Position numbers and translations under genes: made by a program. The notes beneath the pieces are model-generated. The model saw only the letters and a list, made by a program, of their open reading frames with translations. It was not told where the DNA came from and did no database searches. A stretch of DNA of 64,000 nt from Cyanophora paradoxa CCMP329 (lineage: Eukaryota; Plantae; Glaucophyta): contig QPMI01000010.1 of assembly GCA_004431415.1 (NCBI GenBank), positions 186,001 to 250,000 of the forward strand. Reading direction: 5' to 3'. Shown piece after piece: positions 1 through 13,200 of this stretch (position 1 is its first letter; each line of letters starts with the position of its first letter).

Positions 1-33
1 TTCCTCGCCCGGCCCGAGCCGTCGGTCGCGCAG

Positions 34-815
34 GGCCACGTCAAGCAGGTCATCTCTGTCGACTTCAACCCGATGGGGTACCCCCTCGGCCTTCCCCCCC
101 CCCGCCGCTGCAAGCTCGCCCCCGACGCGACGCGTACCCCCCCGCAGGTGGTTGCTGGCCAGCGCCTCGGATGACCACACCGTACGCATCTGGGACCTCC
201 GCAAGCAGGTGCCGCCTGTACCCCCCGCTGCCGCACCCTGTACCCCGGCTGACGTTCGGGGGTACGCAGAAAGCGAAGTACACGATCGCGGCGCACACGG
301 CCCTCATCTCGAAGGTCAAGTTCCAGGTTCGGGTCCCCGCGGCCGCCCTTTCCGCGCCCCGGCTAGCTAAGGGCCCGCCCGCCCAGCCCGAGCACGGCCA
401 GTACCTCGCGTCCTCCTCCTACGACGGGACCGTGAAGACCTGGTACCCTTCTTTCTTCCCCCCTCCTCCTCCCGGCCCCGCCCGGCCCGAGGTCCTTCCG
501 CAGGGCGCCCGATCACCTTTACGACAATTGGACCCTCCTCCGGACCCTGGCCGGGCACGAAGGGAAGGCGCGTACCCCCCCCCCCGCTCTCTGCCCGCTT
601 TTCGCGGTTTTGAATAGCTTACCCCCCCCCCCCTTCCACAGGTCATGTCCGTGGACGTGGCGCGGAGTGCGGCCGCCCCCCAACTCGCCTTCCCGTACCC
701 CTCCGCCGCCACTGACGCGCGTGTACCCCTCCCAGGGACGGACCACGTGGTGTCGTGCTCGTGGGACCGGACGTGGAAGATCTGGGCGCACGAGGCGGAG
801 TTTCTCAAGGCGTAG
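34..815 (+). CDS. PRP4: U4/U6 snRNP protein Prp4 (WD40), 3' part; about 7 exons in window, 5' end outside window
   Basis: Hand-spliced exons give GHVKQVISVDFNPMG|WLLASASDDHTVRIWDLRKQ|KAKYTIAAHTALISKVKFQ|PEHGQYLASSSYDGTVKTW|..WTLLRTLAGHEGK|VMSVDV..|DHVVSCSWDRTWKIWAHEAEFLKA*. The YTIxAH..V.F.P.HG..L and TLAGHEGKVM motifs match the Prp4 C-terminal WD repeats. TAG at 813-815. Confidence 0.9.
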
Positions 816-1656
816 GGGTACAAGATATGCTGTGGAGGCGGAGCGGCGGCCCCCTACCCCACCTCCTACCCCTGCTCCGCCAGCTTCGGCTCTGTCGCGA
901 CCAATGGAAGGGAAGGCGGGCAAAGCGAAAGCCTTGCGAGCCGCGCGCGCTAGAGCGGCCATCGCCGGCTTCCAGTGGGAAGCTCATGCCCGGAGGTAGC
1001 CAGCCCCCGGCCCCGCGGCCTGCGCGCGTCCACGCTATGCGAGCGTGTGTCGAGCGGGATTGGCGAGCACGTGCACCTGGGCGGCTAGGCCCCGTGACGC
1101 GGCGCACGGGGCGAGACCGCGAGGGTCCGATCACGAAGGGGGCACGCGGCACGCCGGCGGCGCCGCGGCGCCGGATCGGACTCCGGGACACCGACTCCCA
1201 CGGAGTCCCACCTCCGATTCCCTTCACTGCCCCCGCTGACGTGATCATCATTCATGACTGACCGCCATTGACCGGCCCACCGGGGGCTCGAAATTTCATT
1301 GCTGGAATAACCGAGGCGGCTGCGCTGCCTGCGCACCGTGGCACGCGAGCGTGCACGTGCGCGTGCGGTGCTAGCTACTAGGGGCTATAGCGCTGCACGC
1401 GCGGGCCGCGCCGGCGAGGCGGTTCAACTTTGGCAATTGCGCCGCGGTTGTGCACACTGCACAGAGATCGTCAACGTCGATCGTCGACGTCGACCAAATC
1501 GATTCCCGCGCGGTCGCAGACGGGTACGCCGATTCGGAGCATTGCGATAGGGGAACTTGGTGCATCGTTCCGCTGGCAGCTGCGCAAGCCTGCAGCCGCC
1601 GCGCCGCGTCGATCCGGTCCGCGAGCTGCTGGTTACAATGGCTTTCGGCCGGTTGC

Positions 1657-3694
1657 ATGCACGCGGATGAGCTGTTGGCTCGATCAGATCTTTCGGAAAT
1701 CTATCTTCAAGAGCTCGAGTTGAGCGCACGCGCGCACGCGGCAGCAGCGGCGCGTACGCTCTGTCACAGTGTGAATCGTCACTTAGCTGGCGCTCGCACA
1801 CGGCACGCGCATTCGTAACCGCAGTCGCGTGTCAGATAGCAGCAGCTCGCGGCGGGCCGCGGCCTGAACAGCAACCGCATTGTCGGAGCTCAGCAATTCC
1901 GACGCGGCGGCAGTGGCGCGAGCCGCGATAGCAACTCGTGACGACGGCGCGCTCGCTCCAAGATGTGCCGCGGGTCGGATTTCGCCTCCGCCGCTTTCGT
2001 GTTCCGGAGCTGCGACAGCGCCAGCACCAGCGCCAGCTCCTCGGGACTGCCGGATGTGCCCACGACGGCTTTCCTCTGCGGCCAGCCCCCCGCGAGCGCC
2101 TCCGGCCCTTCGCAGGCCAGCAAGCACGCAGCGGGGGCCTTTTCCCCTCCCCACGGCCAACCGCAGCCGAACTGGCCGCCCCTGAACAAGAACAGCAATT
2201 CTCAGGCTTCCCCGAGGCCCCCGCCAGCCGCCAGCGAGCAGCGCCTCCCGCCGCCCCCTCTCACCAAGAGCGCCACTGTCCACGTGGCCGCTGGCGGACC
2301 TGTCCGCGCGCGGGCCACCACCGATGTCGCCGCGGCCGCGATCCCCCCCGCGACCTCGGTCTCCCGCCCCGCAAGCGCGGGATCCCTGGGCCGCGCCCCC
2401 GCTCCCGCGGCGCTGGCCGCCCGGCGCCGCCGGCCCGTTCATCTGGTGGCCGTCCCGAGTGCCGCCTCGACCCCCCTCCTTTGCGTCCCTTCGTCCTGCG
2501 GCTGCGTTGCCCGCGCATCGGGCGCCGGCGCCCGCCGGCGGTCCCTGTCGGCCCCTCCCGCCCCCGAGCACTCGGCGTCTGCCGGCGCCCGCCCCTCTGC
2601 CTCCTGCCCCCCCTCCTCGTCCTCCTCCTCCTCCGGGCCATCGACGGCCCCTTCGAAGCCGTCCGCTGTCGTCGCGGCCGCGGCGGCCGCCGCTCCAGCC
2701 GCCGGCGCCCGCCCGCGGGCGGCGACGACCTGCGAGCTCCCGCTCTCGCGGTCGGCGCCGGCCTCGTGCTCCCGGCTCGCGTGCACGTGCTCCCTCCGCA
2801 TTCTGGTGGCTGACGACGAGGTGAGCTCCTTTTTCAACTTTTCAAATTCAAATTTTCAAATTTTCGAATTGTAAGGGGTACTGCAGCCGCTGAACCGGGC
2901 GCTGGCGAGGCGCGCCTTCGGCCACCTCTGCCCCAACGCCCGCGTCGACGCCGTGCAGGATGGACGGGTACGTCATTTTCGTTCCAACATTGGATTCGAT
3001 CGCTTATCTTTCCCGGTACCCCAGGCCGCTGTGGAGGCGTTCTGTCAGGCCGAGCGCGAGGGAGGGTACGACGCCGCCGTCCTCGACTTCGAGGTCCGCA
3101 ATGCTGTACCCCCCGCTCCATCCCCCTTTTTCGCCTCTGACCTTCTACCCCGCAGATGCCCCGCCTGAACGGCGCTGAGGTCCGGCCCATTGCTGTACCC
3201 CCCGGGCTGCCCCGCCTTGACAGAGCGGTACCCCCGCAGGCTGCGGAGGAGATCCGCCGCGGGGAGGCCGGCGCAGGCGGCCGCGCCGGCGGCCGCCCGG
3301 GCAGTCGTACCCGCCTCGTCGCCTGGACGTCCCTAGTCGCCGCCCCGCCGGTGCGCCCCCCGAAATTTGAACGCGCGCTCCGCTTTGAATTTGATCTGAC
3401 GCGGGGGCGGGGCGCGCGCGCGCAGGCGGCGGCGTCCCCGACCGTCGACCGCTGCACCGCGGCGGGCTTCGATCAGGTCCTGGTGCGCGAACGCAGCCGT
3501 CCCCCCCCCCCCCACCCCATCGGCGCTCCTCAATTTCTTTTTCGCCGCAGCCGAAGCCGTGCCCGGCGGCTACGGTCGTGAACGGGGCGCTGGCGTCTCT
3601 CCAGCACGCGCCCCTCTGCCCTTTCCTCGCTTCCCTGAGCCTGGGCCCTGCCCCGGCCGCCTGCTGCGAGACCCCCACCCCGCGGGCAGCCTAA
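1657..3694 (+). CDS. Response-regulator receiver (REC) domain protein with long Ser/Pro/Ala-rich N-terminal region
   Basis: Spliced C-terminus LRILVADDE|PLNRALARRAFGHLCPNARVDAVQDGR|AAVEAF..YDAAVLDFE|MPRLNGAE|AAEEIRR..LVAWTS..|..CTAAGFDQVL|PKP contains the DD pocket, phospho-Asp (VLDFEMP), Thr and KP. TAA at 3692-3694. Start codon uncertain. Confidence 0.8.
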
Positions 3695-5162
3695 GCCGCC
3701 GGCCGAGTCAGCACTGAGCAGTGGGCGATCTTGTACAGTACCCCTCCAGGCCACGGCCCGCCGTCGCTCCTCCCTTCAGCCTTTCACTCACAGCTGCAGC
3801 TCTCAGCTTCGTACATGGCAGATCCAGCTGCCCAGCGGCCGGCGCCGCCGCGTCACCCCGCGGCGGTGGCCGTGCATTTCCAGATGCAGTTTTCCATTTT
3901 CCCAGTTTTCCATTTTGCAGACCGTCGGACGTTATGCAAGACGATGATGCATGTCGCAGTGCCTGCTTATTGTGAAGTAAGCACTGTATTTCCTCGCCCG
4001 GAGCCTCTCTCGGCTCATTAACATGTTAGCTGAGGTAGCTAAGCTAGTTTCAAGTTCTTGGCTGATTTCGCGGGCCCCGCTCATTTGAAGCGGATTTCCC
4101 GGAGTTTGAATGGGATTTAGTCTGCACGTGGTTGTGCACCTAGCTTTGGAGCTTAAAGACCTGTATACCTGTGTGTGTAGCGGTATCTGCGCATTTTCGA
4201 TGCATATTCAGATTCATTTGCGATCTTGACTCCGATCGCGAGGCGATAATTATATAAGCTCGCCGGAGACAACCAAGTACCTTTCGGACTCTAGCTTTCA
4301 AGCCTGAAAGTACCTTTCCAATTCGCAACTGTAGGCCACGTGTACACACCATTTCTTTCTCCTACATTTTCGCTGGCTTGGCAATTCGATCTTAAACTCA
4401 CATTTTCAAGGCAAATTTGCTGGACCGTGGTCGTCGATCCAATTTCGCGATTGGTCGTATAATGACCTAAATTTTGCGCTGTTGTTGAGTGTAGGGCTTA
4501 CAGTAGGAGTGTGTAGGAGTCTGCGATGGGCTCCAGGGCTTTCGAGTAGCGGTAGGGCTCAAGTGAAACGAGCTTCGCAGCTTTCTTATGTTGTGCCTTA
4601 GTGAGCTTAAGCTTTGATTTGTTGTTCCTTTTCGCTTGCTTCAAATTCGTAAATATTGAAGGCTCCTTTGCTTCGAATTCTTGTTGATTTTCGGTCCCTT
4701 AAGCTTGGCTCGGTCGAGGTCTTAGTTAGTTCCGTCTGCCCTCGGATCGGAGGCCATAGCTTCCAGGCTTTGTATAGCTCGGTGTGCTTAGCGGTTCTGT
4801 ATCTGTGTAGTTGCATATACATAGGAATAGCGGCCGGGAAGCGGAGGGGGCGCGCGTGCGCGGGGCACTCGGCACGGTGAGCCTCGGAGGCCCTAATGTA
4901 TATTTAAGAGCGGATCATCGGATCCCCCGGAGCCATGTGCATATGCATGAGCCTCGGAGTGACCTTGCGACAGTCCGATCCTTGCCGGCAAGTGCGCGCA
5001 AGCTCGGGCTTCAAAGTTCCCAAGTCAGTTCAGATTATACGGTTACTGGTACAGGTTGTCCTAAAGCTGTGCAGGTACTAATCGAGGGAATGCAAGTATA
5101 AATGCTGCAGCTAGTCGTCAAGTACTAGTACTAGTTGATCGAAATTCAATTTGCGTGCACGA

Positions 5163-6884
5163 TTAGTACGGCCTCATTCCGACGTAGTTTCCCGGGGGGT
5201 AGTAATTGCAGACGATAATCTGGGAAGGGGCGCGCGGTCAGCGGGGCGGGCGCACGAAAACAGGACGGAGAACTTTATTCAATATTTAAGGATCCAGAGC
5301 CGGGAATGACCTCCTGGCCTCCGGTGCCGAAGCTGCAGCGCGCGTAGCCGCACCCGAGCTCTCGCGTGGTCTTCCAAACCACCTGCGTGTCTGCCCCGCG
5401 CGTCAGAAGAAGCGGAAAGGAGAAGAAAGAAATTCTGGAAGGCGCACAGTGCCCGCACATCTGGCCGGCGGCGCAGGTCGCGCGTGCGTAGTCGTAGTAC
5501 GCGCGCTCCGCGACCCACGACTTCACCGTCTCGCTCGCCGGCGGGTAGATGTTCATGTACCTTCGCGTTCAAGGAGCAATTAAATTTCGCGCCGCAAAAA
5601 TCGGATTTGCGCTGCAAAAACCGGTGCCGGTACAAAATTGATCTCACCAGGCCTGGTTCTCGCCATACTGGCCATTAAGGTTGGTACGGTGGCTGCGGTC
5701 GAATGGCGATCAATGACGATCAGGATCTATATATAGATAAGAAGTCGACGAAGCGCCGAAGCTTTAGCAGGCCGCATGCAGGCGAAATGACAAGAAGCGC
5801 GGACCGCATCGGGAGTTTCCCACAGGCGGTGCACTGCGACTGCAGGTAGTTCGCCCACTCCTGAGCGATGGCCGCCAGGCGCGGATTCCAGGCGAGCGGG
5901 GCGGTGTTCCCGTAGACTGCGAAAAAAGAAGTCAGTGCGTTCGAAAATTCGACGCGGACTCCAGTGGGCATGATGCGAGCGGCGGCCACTCACGGGACGC
6001 GCGAGCGGAGTTGTGGGCGGAGGTGATTCCGGCAAGGCGCGGAGGCTCGCCCTGACTCGCGGGGACGGCGATGGCGGCGAGTTTCTCGATCGGGAGACGC
6101 TCCACGAAACCTGCGAAAATTTGAAAATGGGCCGACGTCGACCGCCGCGAAAGATAGAATGCTAACGGCCCCGTCGATAAAGCGCACCTTGCCCGCAGAT
6201 AGGAGTTTGGGTGACGCTTGCTTGCGTGGGCGGCGGGGCGGTCGCGGCGACGACGAAGCGCTCGATCTCAAGACGGACTTCCCGAGCCGACTGCATCGCA
6301 ACTTGGACGGAGAGGACGCCGTTGGAGAGGAGCTTCGAGTAGTCGGCGTTCGCGTTGGAAGAGAGAGTCACCGCGCGCCAGACCGACCCGACGCTGCAAG
6401 AGATCGCACGTGAATGAGAACCGGCACGTAATTAGGCCGATCTAGGACCGCGGCCGATCTAGACTTGATTTAAATTTAAATTTCAATTGATCATGACGCA
6501 CCCGGCAGAGCAAGGGAAGGAGCCCAAGGCTTGGACTCCGCCGCCCGGCTTGAGGATCTGAAGCACGGCGCGGCAGATCGAGGACGGCTCGGCGAGGCCT
6601 GTCTTCGCGAGGCGGATGTTCATGACAATTTGCGTCGGCACGTAGCCAGTCGGGGCGCGAAATCCGACGGTAATGGAGTACGCCGTGCTCCCGCTGGGGT
6701 CCACAACGACGAATTTGCCGTCGTTCGTCGCGCGGGTGGCGCCCACGAAATCGGTGCCTCCAATAACCTGGAGGCGGGCGCTTGCGACCGATGCCGACGC
6801 AGGAGAAAGGTCTGCAGCTGCAGAAAAGGCCAGGAAGGAGGCAAGAAGGGCGAAGGAAACGAGGAATGACGACTTCGGCTGCAT
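5163..6884 (-). CDS. Secreted CAP/SCP (PR-1-like) protein with an extra N-terminal domain
   Basis: Signal peptide MQPKSSFLVSFALLASFLAFSAAA. CAP motifs HNSAR, LAWNPRLAAIAQEWA, YGENQAW, VKSWVAE, CGHYTQVVWKTTRELGCG and IVCNYYPPGNYVGMRPY*. Confidence 0.9.
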
Positions 6885-7185
6885 GGTTCGAGGTTTTGAA
6901 AATTCGAGCGCTCTGCTGGCGCTGCTGGTGCTCAGGTGACGGTTCCGATCGGTTCGGGTGGCTTTCGCGGCGGTCCTGGCGCTCTGCTGGCGCCGGCTCG
7001 GACGTCTACGCGGTAAGCCTGTTGAGGGGTACTGGGAGTCAACGTGGGGGGAAGAAGGACGAGGGGTGGAGAGCTCGAGGGCTTTTTCATATTCGAGGCC
7101 TAGGGGGGTGGGGAGATCTAGAGGAGAGGGCTTCGATGGGGGGTGGCTTCTCGTGGAGGGGGGATCGATGGGGGAGGGGAGATTT

Positions 7186-7213
<28 letters not shown>
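7186..7213. repeat. Poly-G tract in the G-rich divergent promoter between the CAP and ENT genes
   Basis: About 28 consecutive G within a ~425-bp head-to-head intergenic region. Confidence 0.85.
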
Positions 7214-7216
<3 letters not shown>

Positions 7217-7308
7217 GTGAGCCCCGAGCTAGAGAAAGCTACATTTTGAAAGAAGCTTTTAGAAATTCGCTCTCAAGGCGCGTCTGCTTCACCGGCCGGC
7301 AGGGCGAA

Positions 7309-10300
7309 ATGGCGGTCGAAGAGGTCGCCCCGATCGACGTGTCGGCTGTCGAGAATCAGCCCCGGGACAGCGCAGGCGCGCCGCCGTACGCATGGCGCGA
7401 GCGCGAGTGGAGCGATATCGATGCGAAACAGGAGCGGAGCGAAGCGGGGGCCGTCAAAGTCGACGCAGCGCACAGACGCAGCTCCGCGAGCGCGCGAGCT
7501 GCGTCTGCTGCCGAGCCGCTGAGCCGCCTCGCTTATGGGATCTTCATCCTTTTGGGAGTGCGCATATGCATACGCGCACCTGTTGTCGCGCTACTTCCCT
7601 AGGCCTGAGGCGCTTCTGCTCGCCTTGTATCAGAGCGGCTTTCTACTGCCCATCAACGCATTCCTCGCCGGTGCGCCGCCTCGCCCCGTAGACTGGCCAT
7701 GGGCCGCTATGACTGACGCGCGCCCTTTCGATTCGTGCAGCAATCGATTTCTATGCGGTGCGCATGCGCTGCAGTTTACGCTCGTTTCTTCCTAATGAAG
7801 TACTAGTCTGATGTAGAAGCCGCGCCCAGCTCATCTTCCCAGGTCGTCACGTAGAGGCCGCGTTCACTTTCGTTTTCAACCCCACCGAGCTCGTCTGCCT
7901 TCTCTTCATGAAGCGGCTCCTCGCCCGCTTCGATTTCGCGCCCCGCTGCTACCTCTCGTTCGCCGTGTGCGCCGGCGCCCCGCGCGCAGAGCGCGAAATT
8001 GCGTTTTTGCGCGAAATTTGATGCAAACGCAGACTCTTCCTCGTCATGCTCGTCGCCTCCTCCGTGGGTCCCCTGTTGGACTGCAAAATCCTCTCCCCGA
8101 CGCCCGTTCGTCCCCGCCCGATCGATTGCGCTCGCATCACCAAATTCTAATTCGTACCGCGCCTTCGAATTCGCCGCAGGCGTTCGCGGCGCTGCTCGCG
8201 GCCGTCGCCGCCTCGGGCGTTTGCTGCGCGGTCCTGGAGGCCTCGCTCTTCGGATTCGCGGGGCTCTTCCCGCCTCCGTACACCGACGTGCGCTTTAAAT
8301 TCGATTCGAGCCGGGCCGCGGACGGGCTCAACCTCGCTCGGTCCAATTCAGAGCTCCTTTAATCTAATAAAATGGATGCTAGTGTCAAGCTGGAAGGCAC
8401 GATCTGGTTTGCATTGCAATCGATCGATCCAGTCTAACTCACAGTTTATAAAGCTGATCATGAAGCTAAGAGGGCGCGCATCTAGTCTAGCTCGCAGCAG
8501 CTCGCATTTCATTTTATAAAGCTGAAGCTAAGCCTAAGAGGGCGCGCAGGCGGTGTTCATCGGGACGGGCTCCTCGGCGCTCGCCCTCTGCCTCGTCCGC
8601 ATCGCGACGAAGGCCGCCGTGGGGGGTACGTGCACGATTGCTGCTGCAGAAAAGCAATTTGCTCGGATCGGTCCGGCCAGGCAGGAAGCGGGTCGCCCCC
8701 CTCCCCACGCGCCGCCATTTCCAGCGGCTCGACCGGACCGTACGGTTACTGCTACAAAGGGACCAAAGGCTCTAGGCCTAGGTATCTGGCCTTCTAGATC
8801 TTTAATTCGATGTGCGCCAGCTGCAGGCACGCCGCAGCGTGAGGCCCGACATGTACATGCTGCAGAGTGATGCCGGCCGGGCTGGCTCTAGATCTCTGAT
8901 CATGACCCCTTTAATTTCATGTGCGCCAGGCACGCCGCAGCGCGAGGCGACGTGGTACATGCTCATCGCGACCTCCTCCCTCCTCGCCTGCGTCCTCGGT
9001 GCCCGTACCCCCCTCAAGTTCCCCCTTTCCGAATTCTCGTACCCCTTTCGATATCGATCGCGCAGGCCTGGCCGTTTTGATGCGGACGGGCGTCGCGCGG
9101 CGCTACGCGGGAGGGGGCGCCCGCGCGCGCTCCGTCCTTGAAGAGGGGGGAGGGGGTACAGGCACGGGCTCCGAGGAGCAGGAGGCCCTCCTGGCGGGGT
9201 ACCGCGATTCCGTCTCCGAGGAGGCGGACCGTGAGGCGGCGGAGGAGGCGGGGGCGGGTCTGCGGAGCCCGGTACCCCTCCCCGTGACACGCCACGCGAC
9301 GGAGCCGCCCCCGGACGGGTACCCCGACCGCCTCCCCCACTCCGAGGTCCTCCGTCGCGTCTGGCCGTGCATGCTGGCGCGTGTACCCCCTCCTCTCCGT
9401 TTCGTGTCCCGAGAATCGCGTGTCCTCCCCAGCTTGTGCTTCTCTGCTTCACGGTATCCCTCTCCGCCTTCCCCGCCCTCCTCGTTCGGGGCCTCGGCTC
9501 CTGGAAGACGGGTACGCATGTCTCGCGCTCTAAGCTCCCAAATACCAATTGCAAGCCAAGTCTCGCGCGCGTCTTGTATATATGATTCTCCTTTGCTTCC
9601 TTCTACATACTTCGATCTGATCAGCAGCTTTCATTTCGCAGTGGCGATGCTGACGCTGTCGGCGTCGGCGGACCTAGCCGGCCGCCTCCTCCCGCGGGCC
9701 CTCCCGAGCCTCCCCCTCCCCCCGCTCCTCGCCCTCGCCGGTGCGACCTCCCTGCAATTGGCGCCTAGGCCTTCGCGATTTTTCGCGGTGGCAGTCTAAG
9801 CTATGATCTACGATCTACGTGCGTTCTCCTTATAATTGGATAGATTAGACGTTTCCTCGTGATCCTAAATTCAAGCTTGGGATCATATGCATATCGTGAT
9901 CATAAATTCAAGCTTGGGCCCGCCCGAGCCTCGATGCGTACGGCGCGACTTCTTTGCGATTGAGCTTAACTAAATTGTAACTTGTAAGTAAATCTAATTG
10001 TAAATATTAGCTAGATTTCCTCGGCGTCGTAGCTACAGCTCCGGATCCAGAAGCGCTGACAGTCTCCGGCTCGGCAGCGGGGCGGGTGGCCTTCGTGCCG
10101 CTGCTGCTGCTGCGCCACCGGGGGGCGGCGACGGCCTCCTTCGCCTTCGGCGCCGCCGTCGCCGTCGCCCTCGGCCTCTCCAACGGCTACGTCGCGGTGC
10201 GCTGGCTGGCGTGAATTACAATAAGGGAAAAGCATCTATCTAGAGAGCGTCTATCTAGACCAAGATCAAGATTAGGAGACCAAGATATAGGATTCGAAGT

Positions 10301-10798
10301 TAGAGAGCGTCGCCCTCGGCGCGCTGGCATAAAATTAGGATCCCGGAGCAATTGCGCACCGACAAAACAGTAAATGCTTAGGCGACGCCGAATTTGTTAA
10401 TTATAACGTTCTGGTTGTCTTTCGCGATTGAGAGCTCTGTAAGCGTCGACCTCTTTGCGCGCCAGCTCCTGGGGATGCGCTACGGGCCCGCGCGCCTCTC
10501 CAAGCCCCCCGACCGGTGCGGGTCACTTCCCTCCCCCCCTCCCCTCCCCCTCCCCCTCCTCCTCACCCTGCCACCGCCTTAGCTATATGTAGCTCTCATT
10601 ATTACCTATTAGAAATTTTATTCTTAGTATTCTTAGGCTCCTGTTAGAATGTAACTTAGCAATGCGAGCAAGCTTTAGAAGCTTACCCTGCGACCGCCGG
10701 GCAGGGAGACGGCGGGGCACTTGATGGCGTACTCGCTGATCGCCGGCCTCGCCCTCGGCTCCGTCGCCGGCTTCGCCCTCTCCTACGTCCGCCTTTAA
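7309..10798 (+). CDS. Equilibrative nucleoside transporter (ENT/SLC29 family), multi-exon
   Basis: Exons give LAYGIFILLG|SGFLLPINAFLA, ASLFGFAGLFPPPYT|..AVFIGTGSSA, CFTVSLSAFPA, DLAGRLLP, RVAFVPLLL, GLSNGYVA and ETAGHLMAYSLIAGLALGSVAGF, the ENT transmembrane signatures. TAA at 10796-10798. Confidence 0.9.
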
Positions 10799-12089
10799 AT
10801 TGGAGGGCCTCATGATCAGCTTCGAACTAATGTACGATGCGATTTCGGAGGCGGAATCAGATCAGTACGCAGGCTGTATTAGATATATATAGCGCCCGCT
10901 CTCTTAACTAGGTCTTCGACTCGCCCCCGCCTCCGCTCGTCTCAGGAGGTGCAAGGTGGGGTCTAAAGTAGAGGCGCTGACAGAATACAACAATCTAAGT
11001 AATGCTCAGCTGCTATCTTTACAACTAAGTAAAATGCTAGGCGTAGGTGGCTATAGCCTAGTAGCTAGGCCTGGACCTGCGCGCAGCGCCGCCCGGCGGC
11101 CGCCCACCCGGTGTCCATGCCTCCGCCCCGCCCGGCGAACCGCACCGCCGCCCGCACCTCAGGGTCTCCCGGAGTCCGCCCCGCGCGCCGGTGCCCGGAG
11201 AGCTGCCAGGCTGCGCCGCCGCCTGCCGCGTAGCTGAGCTGCCACGCGCGCGTCGCGATCGCACCTCCGAGGCTCCGTCCAGCTTGGCGAGCCGCCCCGC
11301 CCGTCATATGCATGGCGCCGGCCTCGCGTCGCGCGCGCAGCCGGCCTCTGCGCGCACTCCCGCGTGCCGCGCCCGGTTAGCCGAGCATGCGCAGCGGAGG
11401 GCGATATGTCCAGCTAGGACCGCGCGGCCGCGGGCCAGGCGCGGGGACCGTCGGGTCCGGACACGGGAGCTCGAGGGCGGTGGCCATGGCCATGGCGCAC
11501 GCGGCTCGCGCGCCGGCAGAGCGGAGCGCGCGCGCGCGCGCGGCGCGACGCCCCGGCCGCGCGCGGAGATCTAGACGCGGCGGGCGGCGGCGCGATTATG
11601 CTTAGCTGCGCTCTGCAAGCAGTGCATGCTGCAGCTGCGCATGCAGGCTGGCAATTGCGTGGGCGGCATTGGCGGCAAGGATCGAGGCTTGAAGGAGCCT
11701 TGCGCGGGATACAGCAAAAAGAGACGTCCGGCGGCGCCGGCCTTATCCACAGCGGGGTACCGCAAAAAGACTTATCGCCGACGGAAAAAAGACCGACTTG
11801 CGAACTGGCCGACTTGGACAGCGTGACAGACAATCCGACGGGTAGCAAGGGGGGTTTGAGCAGCTGACCCCCCCTTGCAACCATCGTCGCGATCGATCGG
11901 CGTGACCATCAACCAAGGGGCCCCGGCGAAGGCGCTGCACCCAGGCGCGCGGCACAGGCTCTGCTGGGGCCAGGAAAGCGACAAACGAAAGCTATTTGAG
12001 TGCTTCACATGCTATACAAGGCAGCAGGCGCCGGTCGGGCCGGGCCGGCAGGGGTGGGGCCCCTCAAACGCCCGCCCCCCTGCCACCCC

Positions 12090-13200
12090 TGCGCCGGCGC
12101 CCCGCGAGCCTACAGCTGCCCGCACGCCGGCGCCCCGCGAGCCGACGGCTGCCCGCGCGCCGGCGCCCCGCGAGCCGATGGCTGCCCGCCGGAGAGCCCG
12201 CCGCACCCGGAGCTGGCGAGCCCGCCGAGCCTCCCCCCTATCCGGCGAGCCGCGCCACCGCCCGACGCGCCCCCGCCGGGCAAGCCTCCGCCGCGCCGGT
12301 CCCCGTCCGGCGAGCCGGCGCCGCGCCGCTGCCCGCCGAGCCTCCGCCCGTCCGATAAACCGCGCCGCCGCCCGCCGCGCCCCCGTCGGGCCCGTCTGGC
12401 GAGCCGCGCCGTCGCCCGCCGCGTACCCGCCTCGCCCGAAGAGCCGCGCCGCCGCCCGCCGCGCCTCCGCCCCGCCCGACGAGCCGCACCGCCGCCCGCC
12501 GCGCCGCCGCCCGCCGCGCCCCCGCCGCGCCCCGTCCAGCGAGCCGCGCCGCCGCCCGCCGCGCCCCCGCCGCGCACCGTGCGGCGAGCCGCGCCGTCGC
12601 CCGCCGCGCCCCCGCCGCGCACCCGCCGGGCCCCGTCCAGCGAGCCACGCCACCGCCCGCCGCGCCTCCGCCCCGCCCGACGAGCCGCGCCGCCGCCTGC
12701 CGCGCCCCCGCCGGGCCGGCCTCCGCCGCGCGGGTCCCCGTACGGCGTGCCGGCGCCGCGCCACTGCCCGCCGAACCTCCGCCCCGTCCGACGAGCCGCG
12801 CCGCCGCCCGCCGCGCCCCCGCCGCGCACCGTGCGGCGAGCCGCGCCGTCGCCCGCCGCGCCCCCGCCGCGCACCCGCCGGGCCCCGTCCAGCGAACCAC
12901 GCCACCGCCCGCCGCGCCTCCGCCCCGTCCGACGAGCCGCACCGCCGCCCGCCGCGCCCCCGTCGGGCCCCGTCTGGAGAACCGCGCCGCCGCCCGCCGC
13001 GCCTCCGCCCCGCCCGACGAGCCGCACCGCCGCCCGCCACGCCGCCCGCCGCGCACCCGCCCCGCCCGACGAGCCGCGCTGCCGCCCGCCGCGCCCCGCC
13101 GGGCCCCGTCCGGCGAGCCGCGCAGCCGCCCGCCGCGCCTCCGCCCCGTCCGACGAGCCGCGCCACCGCCCGCCGCGCCACCGTCGGGACCCGTCCGGAG
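12090..13200. repeat. GC-rich compound minisatellite
   Basis: Three 33-nt units (gccggcgccccgcgagccNacNgctgcccgc..) followed by many degenerate ~36-45-nt units built on gagccgcgccgccgcccgccgcgcc, with a higher-order duplication (about 12540-12700 vs 12790-12950). Stop-free in most frames. Confidence 0.85.

Noticed and set aside
4020-5150. Lower-GC intergenic stretch with short ORFs as a gene or decayed retroelement
   Set aside because: No recognisable motif, termini or consistent exon chain.
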